Source of the DNA: Reclinomonas americana ATCC 50394
Lineage: Eukaryota
Reading direction: 5' to 3'
Length of the DNA stretch: 43,617 nucleotides
NCBI GenBank assembly: GCA_048213135.1
Contig: PS015014.1
Location: 281,787 to 325,403, forward strand
This document shows positions 12,221 to 21,466 of this stretch, in pieces (within the stretch, counting starts at the first letter, position 1; each line of letters opens with the position of its first letter). The position numbers and the translations under genes are program-made. The notes under the pieces were generated by a model. It was not told the origin of the DNA and ran no database searches. It saw nothing but the letters and a program-made list of their open reading frames with translations.

Positions 12221-14399
12221 CACTCAAGCACACAAGCACATGCACAGCTGGCACAGTGTTAATTCTCCGCACATTTTGCGGCTCACTGCATTACTCGTCT
12301 CCAGCCTCCCATGCAGGGCGAAGCATGCAGGCCAACAGTATGACTATGACCTTGTACCGTGGCGACCTACCTGGCAAAGTGACCTCCTACAGCAGGCACA
12401 GAGGTCGGTGCTGTTCCTTGTCGGTGAGTGGTGGCTCATTTGCGTCTGTGGTTCCGCTGTCGCACTCAAATCACAACAGTGGTCTGCACTGCTGCTCCAC
12501 GCGAGCGCAATGTCAACACCGTACTGTCTTATCGTGGTGGAGCTGGTGGTGGCTCCATATGCATTGGCAAGCGCGTTCGCGAAGGAGACGGCGATGAAGA
12601 TGGGCAGCAGGAGAAACGCAACTTCGTCGCAGTCGAACTCCTCCGGGTCCGCCTCTGGCTCTGGTTCCTCTTCGTCCTCCAGGGTCGATGCGGCTGCCGC
12701 AGCTATCGCAGAGAGATAATCGAATTCCGAAATCGCAGCAGCAACGAGAGCTTGCTCGTCTGATCTCGGATTTCAGCAACTCTCCGCAGGTCCGATCGAC
12801 GGGAAGTATGCACCGTCTGCATCCAAGGGCACCATCTGGCGGTTTGTCATCGGCAAGACAATGGCACCTTTCAACCAACTATCTCAGCGGACCGCAGTCG
12901 TCGGGTGCGCCCGCTGCGCCCGTTGCACATCCCCGGTTGGCTGCCAATCGGGACACACGGACTGCCGCTGCCGCGGCGCTCGCCGCTGCGCCGACCGCAC
13001 AAGCATCTGCGTCGGGATCGACGCCTCAGCCCTTGCTGGCAACGCAGCTGCAGCGCCCTTTGGCGGCGGTCGCAGTTTCTCGCCAAATGCAATGACTTTC
13101 ACCGTCGGCCGGTCGCATTGCCCTGTGCTCATTCCTGCATGTGGCAGGGGTGCAGCGCTTCAGAATGCCATGGGTAGCCAGACAGTTCTGGTTCCCGTCC
13201 GCCGCCCTAGCCCTGTCGGCTCTCATGGCAAGCAGGCGGCACCGTTGTCGGCACTGGTTCGCAGTATCGATGTCGATCGGTCGAGTCCAGGGCTGGCAGC
13301 ACCAGTACCACCGCTGCAACTGCAGCCGGCGCCTGCGCCTCCACTTTGGTCACCGTCCGTGCCACGGCCACCACCGCCATCGCCGCCACCACCGCCANNN
13401 NNNNNNNNNNNNNNNNNTTCTCCATTGACAAGTCTGGCTCTTCGCCGCTGCAGCTGTCCTCGCTGTGGTACACCGCCGCCGGCCGCGGGTCGACGCCTGC
13501 AACACCGTATGCCGGCGTCGGAGGGAGATGCGTCAGCCTCGCAGCAGCAGCAAGCGCCCCTGCACTTCCAGCTGCCCCCGAGCCACCNNNNNNNNNNNNN
13601 NNNNNNNNNNNNNNNNNNNNNNNNNNNNNNNNNNNNNNNNNNNNNNNNNNNNNNNNNNNNNNNNNNNNNNNNNNNNNNNNNNNNNNNNNNNNNNNNNNNN
13701 NNNNNNNNNNNNNNNNNNNNNNNNNNNNTATCCGCGAAGCGAAATTTTTTACCTCAGCAAGAGCAGATGTTTGAGCAGATGATGCTTGTCGATGAGGAGT
13801 AAATTGGCCTCTTGGCTGTTGAACTGTGCAGTTGAATTGATGCAGAACCGTACCGATACGAACAGAATAGAATGAATGATCATGATCGATCGGTCGACTG
13901 GAATGCTGGAGAAGTTGAGTCTTCTGTAGAGGCTCCTGTTTGCAAACCATCACAGCCAACCATCAGCAACGCTATGAGTGATTGCTGTGAGTTAAATGCA
14001 AGGCATGGGCATTCTCACCGGGAAGATTTCATCGAAATACAAGCTTGAAACGCGCCAGAACTGGGCGAATTTGGCCGCCGAAACGGCCTGCCTGGCTGGT
14101 GTGGATTCGTTAGTTACCCCTTGACTATTTTGCCGTAGTGACCCTTAAGTTTGCTGGGTTCGGGTTCCAATGGGCCTCAGTTACCCCCAAAGAAAATGTG
14201 AACCAGCCGTGGTTTCTCTTATAATTAAGCTTGCAAAATTCGGAACGCCAGCATTAGCCATCTCGATTTTTTCTCGCTTTTCTCGTGATGTCTGAGTTTC
14301 TGGTGCTCACTCAAGATGGTGATCATCATGTAGCTGTGTTGCTGTTTGGATTAGTAAAGTTGTTGTTGTTGTAGGGACACGCTCGAGCTCGAACACCCC
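11775..14399. mobile_element. Putative DNA transposon, apparently non-autonomous: 13-bp TIR GGGGTGTTCGAGC, 4-bp TSD GATG
   Basis: GGGGTGTTCGAGC at 11775-11787 and its exact reverse complement GCTCGAACACCCC at 14387-14399. GATG lies immediately outside both ends (11771-11774, 14400-14403). Subterminal ACCCTTAAGTTT repeats at 11818, 11838 and 14141. Confidence 0.8.
12016..13802 (+). CDS. Possible spliced Pro/Ala/Ser-rich gene or gene remnant inside the TIR element
   Basis: Plus-strand ORF pieces (MLFKTHVLEQLALLDCG; AGQQYDYDLVPWRPTW; P/A-rich block ending EQMFEQMMLVDEE*) with intron-like spacers. No DDE transposase motif recognised; two N-gaps. Confidence 0.3.
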
Positions 14400-14468
14400 G
14401 ATGACAATCACGGCCAATCACTGGCGCAGCGAGCACCGACTGTCCGTCTTGTCTCACTCTTCGCACAC

Positions 14469-16534
14469 ATGGACGTGTCCTTTGGAGGAGCCTCTCTGAG
14501 CATCCTCGTGTGCCAGAGTGTGTATGCAGCGCTGCTGGTTGCCGGTTTGTCGTGGATGATTGTGTGGAGAAAGGTGTGTTTTTTTTCGCGCGCGCGTGTT
14601 ACTCTTTCTCTCACTGCAGCTGTGTGTGTGTCTCTCATAGAGACCACCAGTGGCACAGCGGTCTGTGTGGCTGGTGTCCGGCTCGGTGATCGGACTCTCC
14701 ATGTTTATCTGCTTCTCGGTGTTTTTCCGCGCCAATGCCAACGGACCCACACTCAGTCACACCGCCGACTTTATCTCCGACATTGGTGGGCGCTCTCACC
14801 ACACGCTCACACTCTCTTCCTCTTCTCCTTATCGCGTATATTCATGTGCAGGATTCACGTGTTATTTGGCAAGCACATTTCTGCGCATTTATCGCCTGCG
14901 TGTGCTGTACGATGCCAACATTGAGAAGGTGTTGATGAATGAGCAAGAACATGGTGCACTGGCACAGCCGCACTCCTTGGATGCAGCTGGAGCTGGTTTG
15001 TAAGGAGCGCGACTACCAATTATGCGATGCATATGTGATTTGCGTTGGTCGCCTGAAACATTGCGTGCGCATGCAGCGGATGTCAGGCGGAGTATGCAGG
15101 CGCGCGGAGCTGCTGCGATTGCGAGTTACCTGGCGGTGCACAAGCGCAAAATAAGACCGGCAGTGCTCTGGTTTTGGTTCTTGGCCATTATGTGCATACG
15201 CATCTCCATGGCTGTGTTCGGCTTTTTCCGCACGGATCCGGTGCAAGTTTCGCCGCTTGCATGCTGCAGCTGTGGTGTTTAATGGTTGACCGTCGTGCGC
15301 AGAATGTGTTCTCGTATTTGGACACGGTGATGGGCTCGCTGACCTCGGCCATCTTCATCGTTGTCTTCATCATCTACTCGTACCGGCTGCGCGTCGTCAA
15401 CGACGCATTCGGGCAGACGCTTGAGCTGTACACCACGTCCACTGCCAGTATCATCGGCTGTGCCATTGATCAGTTTGTGGAGTGGGGTGACACGGCCACG
15501 TGGGCCGACTGGCTCTTCGAGGCACTGCAGCTGCTGCTGTTCGTGCTGGCCGTTGGTGTGCCCATCTTCGTCAGCTTCAAGTACGTACAACATCGCCTTC
15601 TCCATCTTTCCCCTCTCCCACTCACTCTACTCTCCGCAGATGGGCGCGGCACAGCACGCTGCACACGATCCGCAACACCAGCCTGCAACGACAGCGATCA
15701 CGAGCCGCGTCCGGCTTTTCTCTCACCGAATCGCTCACGGAGAGTGTACTACCGATCCTCGAGGACTCCGAGGGCCGTGCAGCACTGCACGCGTTCCTCG
15801 TACGCGAATTCAACGTCGAGTTGCTGTATTTTTATGGTGCGTATCGATGAAACTAATTTTGTTTACTAAGTGTGCTCACTTATAATACGACTGCGACTCG
15901 GGGGCGCACAGACGACGTGGTGCGCTACAAGAAGCTGGGTGAGTGAGCGCACGTGTTCTTTGTCTCCCTTCTCTCTACAAAAAGTAACATGCGCGCGCGT
16001 GCTGCCAGCGGCTGAATCTAACAACTCGGCGACGCTGCTGTCGACGGCCAGAGTCATGGTGGCCAAGTACTTTGAGTTGGACAGCGTCATGGAACTGAGT
16101 TGCGTGATACGCCACGTCTCGTCTCACTCGCCGCGGTGCGCCCGCACCCTCATTGTGTGCATCGAATGAGCAGATATTTCGGCGGCCGAGCGGGACTCGG
16201 TCATGAACGCTGTGCGGGGCGGAGTTGTATCCAAGTCCACCTTTGACAGGTTTCGTGAGCGCGCGCGTATGTGAGTTGTAACGAGGGCGGCGACTCAGCG
16301 TCAATGTGTTTGCGATGGTGCAGACCGTTTCACTCGATCATGTTGACCATGCATCAAGACACGTATCCTCGCTTCGTCAAATCGGCAGAGTACAAGAGCA
16401 GTCTCCAACGGAGTCTGCTGTCCAACGCCCGACTCAACTTCCTCCAGGGAAGCGATATGGAGCTCAGAAAAATCATCATGGACGAGGACGCTGAAGAGGA
16501 GGAGGCAGCTCGCGTTCTCGGCGCGAGGAGATAG
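14469..16534 (+). CDS. 7TM-RGS protein (seven-transmembrane domain fused to a C-terminal RGS GAP domain)
   Basis: Seven hydrophobic segments after splicing (e.g. LSILVCQSVYAALLVAGLSWMIVW; WLVSGSVIGLSMFICFSVFF; VLWFWFLAIMCIRISMAVFGFF; WLFEALQLLLFVLAVGVPIFVSF). RGS motifs ILEDSEGRAALHAFLVREFNVELLYFY, AKYFELDSVMELNIS, IMLTMHQDTYPRFVKS. Confidence 0.9.
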
Positions 16535-16572
16535 CGATTTCCATTACACAATTTACTATAATACCATATTGC

Positions 16573-17976
16573 TCAGTCAGGTGATCGCGCCTCGAACAGA
16601 GTGGTGTACACCTCTGTGGTGCCTGCTGCGGGTCCACTCAGCAATGCGTGGGCGCGTTCCAGTTCAGCGACGACACGTGGTAGGGTGTCGCGCGTCAGGT
16701 GGCGAGCGGCATTCCACCCCGGCGCCACGGGATCCTCCACCGCAAAGAGCCAGGCCTTGTGGTCGCGCCGGAAATCGGTCTTGGTGCCAAGCGCTCCGCT
16801 GGTCACCGACAGGACGTGCTTGCGCATGTCAAAGGCGCCGCCGACGAGGAACTCAAAGAAGCCGCGCAACAGCGCACCGAGTGTCAGGCCGCTCTCATCC
16901 AACTCGCCAAACAGCTGCTGCCATCGCCAATCGTCGTCCTCGTCTTGCTCCTCCTCCCCCTCCCCCTCCCCCTCCCCTTCTCCCTCTGTGTCCTCAACCT
17001 CCGCGTCCACACACTCGTCGTAGTCTTCGTAGGATGACGCCATGCGCGTGTCGACAGGCGGCAGACCGTGAATCACTTGCAAGTATGCTGCGCATGTACG
17101 GACATGAATGATGTTTCTCGGGTTGGAAGAGCACGCCGCCACGAACCAACAGCTATCAAGCTCCAGCAGTACGAGGTGGGCGTGCCGTCACGCGAACAGT
17201 TGATTGCTCGCCGCTTGGCCCAGTGTCTGCAGCAGGTCAGCTAAAGGAGAGAACGTACGACAGCGGAGGAACACAACGCACTTGACCAGCAGGATCAGCA
17301 ATCTCGCGACTGCAAACTCCTCGACAAAGAGGCGCAGGAGGTGCGTGTTGCACAGCGCATCGGTGTTGTTGACACTAACATCGGCATCGAAACCACTATC
17401 GGAAAAACAAGAAGAGACAACTCAGTTGCTGCAAAAGAGAGATGCAACAAGCTTCCAAGGCCGCAACGTCTGCGTATCACGAAAGCGCACAATAGGCACG
17501 CGAGCCTCATCCACGAGCTCCACATTCTCAAAAGCTCCGCTCTCCGCGCGTCTCTTGCTGACCAATTGCGCGCGCACCTGCTTCAGCACGCGGATCTGCA
17601 TGTCGACCGAGTGCCACTCGCTGTGCACGATGCACACGTCGACATCGACGTTGCCACGCAACGCCATGCCCGAGATGAGACTGCCAAAGACGTGCACGCG
17701 TGGAGCGCTCCGTGCTGAGCTCATAATTAGCTGCGGACAACACGCTCTTTGTCTCTCACCCTCTCTCTCTCTCTCTCACACACACGCACCTGCAAGCTTG
17801 CTCGCGGCAGCCTCCACCAGTGGCCGCACACGACGAGCGACAAAGAGCAGTGCTTGTCGTCGAGTGCGCCAGGGTTCGGCGACTTGGCGCACCACTGCCC
17901 GCACATGCGCCTCCAACTCAATGGGATCACAGGCGACTGCCTCTGCTACTCTCCGCCTGCTGCCTCCACTGGCCAT
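16573..17976 (-). CDS. Non-canonical poly(A)/poly(U) polymerase, Cid1/Trf4-like nucleotidyltransferase
   Basis: Pol-beta NTase motif VHVFGSLISGMALRGNVDVDVCI; ARVPIVRF; third Asp in DADVSVNN; KHWAKRRAIN...TSYCW; PAP-associated motif AVEDPVAPGWNAAR. Confidence 0.88.
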
Positions 17977-18082
17977 TCAGAGAGCGTTGTTAAAGCGGGG
18001 GGAGACACGATGGATTTTTAATTTTTCCTGGTTGGTTGGTTGAAGAAGAACAGACCGAAGACGTATGGCGCGCGGGGCACGC

Positions 18083-20013
18083 TCAACGCCGCGTCTGCTG
18101 TTGCCGCAGCAGGGCCTCGGCAAAGCCCTCCAGGTCCTGCTCGATCTCGCCCGTTCTTGTCTTTACCCACTGGTCGAGCACCGTCTGCTCGTCGCGCAGG
18201 AATTGCTGGAGAGCCACGTCCACTGTGTTGCGACTGGTCAGCATGCGGCAAGCGAGAGGGAGACGTGGGGGAGACGGCAAGGAGAGAACCTTGCTCGAGG
18301 AGCTGCTTCCGATAGGCGTCCACGCGTGACTCGGTTTCATGCGCAAACTCCTGGCTCTTCTGCTTGAGATCGGAGAACAAAAACTCGCGCCGCTCCTGCA
18401 ACTTGCGCTGTCCCAACATGTCCAGGCCCTGCACACACACATACACAATGAGGACGCAGCATTCCGGCAGGATGTCATGTGGAAGGCTGGTCGCACCGAC
18501 ACTTGCGGCAACCGCGGTACCGGCGGCAACGAGGCCGGTGCCATGGGTGCCGGCAACAGTGAACCGGGTGCCTGCCTTGGTGCCACCGCTGGCATGCCCG
18601 CCGACATTCCACCCTGCAAAATCGACGCGCGTGGGTAACACAGGAAGCCGAGCACGCACCACACGATGCAGGCGTACACGCAAACCATGCCAAACGATTG
18701 CGGTGCGGCCGAGTGCGCACCGCCCATGAACCCAGTCGCCACTGAAGGTGCCCCTGCCTCTGTTTGTGATGTGCACGTGAGTAAAGCAAACCACCATCGA
18801 CCGAAAAGACGCCCAGCGACGCACGGTTGCGCATGAACGGCATGCCGGGTGCCACCGAGCCGCCCATTGGATCGTGAGCCTGCGTGGCAAGCAAATGAGC
18901 GTCGACACTTCCTCACACACTCTCTCGCTCACTCACCTGAGGGAAAGGAACAGCTGGCGGCATCATGCCTGGTGCGCCCATGACACCACCCACCGCGACA
19001 CCCATCATGCCTCCATGCCCACCCATCATGGGGAACTGCTGCTGCTGCTGCTGCTGCGGCATGGTCATCGCCGCGTTGGCTTTCCGCAGCACCGTGATGC
19101 TCAGTGGCACCGCACTCAGCTCCCCGCTCGTCGTTTTCGCTGACACACACAGTGAGCCAAACGACAACGCAAGGGCGAGAGGCCGAGAAGGAGAAGAAGA
19201 ACGCACTGGGATAGCCGACCACGGTAATGACATCGCCGGGGACCAAGCTGTCAACGACACCGCGCAGATCTCCACGAAAGTCACTGACGCGCACACACCC
19301 ACACACATTGAGCGTGGAAGGATGGAGCAATTGGCGCGCGCACACACGCAACGTCTGATCACACATGAGCTGAAACTTGACGACATCGTCGCCCTTGATG
19401 TCGACGAAATGCAGACGCTGGTTCACCGTTCGCTTGCGCGTCACCGTGCCTACACACACACATACAAGTCAGTGCACACAGAGATAGAGAGAAGCACGCG
19501 CGCGCGCACGCACCTCCAATCGTCTCCACGCACTGCCGCCGTCGCTCATTGGCCACCACCGACGCGTACTTGGTGCGAAACTCCTCCAGCGACAGACGCC
19601 CTCCACTACCACCACCTCCACCATGTCGCTGCACACATACACACCACTCAACACACACATGTGCGCGCGTGTGCATCACTCTCTCACACACTCACCTGCA
19701 CAGCAGCCGCGGCCGCTGCAGCCGCTGCTGCAGCAGCAGCTGCCTGTTGCGCCGGCGTTGTTGTTGTTGTTGTTGCCACTGCCACTGCTGCAGCACCTCC
19801 ATTCATTTTTCGCTGCTGCTGCTGGGGAGCAGCAGGTGCTTGCTGGTCAGTCTTTTGTCGCTTGAAATGAGGTTCGCGACTGTCATCCTCCTCCTCCTCG
19901 TCGTCCTCGTCTTCGTTATGGTTCCTCTCGTGGTCAGCCTCCTCCTCCTCCTCCTCTTCTCCTTCTCTTGCTGGATCGTCGTCTTCTGCGTCGTCACGCA
20001 ACGCTCTCTTCAT
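18083..20013 (-). CDS. Protein with LysRS-type anticodon-binding OB fold, acidic N-terminus, Q/M/P/G-rich linker and C-terminal coiled coil; no synthetase catalytic domain
   Basis: Spliced LSLEEFRTKYA..ETIGGTVTRKRTVNQRLHFVDIKGDDVVKFQLM..LVPGDVITVVGYPTKTTSGELSAVPLSITVL resembles the LysRS N-terminal OB fold. It is followed by low-complexity sequence and LQERREFLFSDLKQKSQEF...LLRQQQTRR*. Confidence 0.72.
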
Positions 20014-20089
20014 TTGTGTGTGTGTGTGAGTGAGTGAAATTTTGCACGATCACTGCAGCGTTGTGTGTGTGTGTGCGTGAGCGCGCGTG

Positions 20090-20537
20090 ATGTTGATCCC
20101 TGTGCGGTGAGTCATCTTGCGTTCGTGCTGCAAACGAGCGCGCGCGTGTGTGTGTGTGTGTGCCTGCGCGCGCGTGCGTCACATGTCGTGCTCATCGCTC
20201 TCTCTCACACGCGCACAGGTGTTTCACGTGTGGCAAGGTTGGATGCTTTGTGTAGCTCGTTCATGCCTCCCCCTGCGCCGCTCACGCATGCGTTGCAGGT
20301 CATTGGCAACAAGTGGGAGCTCTACACCAAGTTGCTAACAGAGCAGGACTACCCCGAGAGGTTTGTCGTCGTCGTCGCATCCCACTCTCTCTCACACACA
20401 CGTGTGTGTGTTTGACTGTGAGCGTGTGTGGTGTGCGCAGTGAGGCACTGGACGAGCTGGGACTGCGACGATACTGCTGCCGTCGCATGTTGCTCACTCA
20501 TGTGGATTTGATTGAGAAGTTGTTGCAGTATCGCTGA
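20090..20537 (+). CDS. RPB10: RNA polymerases I/II/III subunit RPABC5 (Rpb10), 3 introns
   Basis: [64 protein letters not shown]. Confidence 0.97.
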
Positions 20538-20682
20538 TGTGTGCTGCTGCTGCACGCGTGAAATGAATCGCACCGCCCACAAGGCCCTGTTTAGTGACCC
20601 CCTCCTCTGGCACACACGTCGTCGTCCACGCATGTTCCAAGTTGAACAAGACGTCGTCCTGCACGCACCATTGAAACCGACG

Positions 20683-21329
20683 ATGAGTGGAGACGGCGAT
20701 CGTGCGGCTGCTCGCATGGCAGAGGCCATTGGAGGGCGCACGGGTGTGCCCGGTCGCACGTTCGGGCAGCGACTGCGCGCTCATCGACTGCAATTCGCCA
20801 CTGTTGCGCAAAGAAGCAACACGCTACTCCCTCACACACACACTCACTCACTCACACACGCATGCGCAGGCGGCACTGGCGGGTCTGTCATTCGGCCTCT
20901 CCTTCCAGGTGTACATGCGCTCGCGGCGCGTGCAGGAGCTGGAGGGTGAGCTGGAACGCGAGAGATACGCAAGGTCGGTGATTGCATTCCACTGTCTCTC
21001 TCTCTCTCGTGTGGCTCACGGAGGAGGGACGGTGGGGCAGGCAGCAGACGGCGGCGGTGGCCACCGATGTGGCTCGTGTGCTTTCGGAGACGGCGTCGAC
21101 GGGTGAGGCCGGCGAGCGGGGACGACAGGCGCTGCGGATGCTGGAGCGCATTGACGACAGCATGCAGCAGCAGACGACGGCCGTGTTTGACCAGCAACGC
21201 AGTTGCGTGGACACGCTTGTATCGTTGTTGACTTATTCGCGCTCATCAAGAGCAACAGGTGCCCCTCCTCCTTCGGCCTCGCAATTACCCCCGAGCGACG
21301 GACAACCCAAGCCCGTCCGCATGGTTTGA
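20683..21329 (+). CDS. Small hypothetical single-TM coiled-coil protein, 2 introns; start uncertain
   Basis: MSGDGDRAAARMAE...LQFAT|AALAGLSFGLSFQVYMRSRRVQELEGELERERYAR|QQTAAVATDVARVL...; splice phases are consistent. Confidence 0.55.
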
Positions 21330-21466
21330 TCTCTCTCTCTCTCTTTCCCCTTTTCTTCTCCCGCACATCAATCGTTTAGAATGCCCGACATATACATTGA
21401 GTGGTAATCGCCTTCAAACTTTCTACGGGACTGGCAAAACATAGTTGATTAGGGGGTGGGAGTGTT

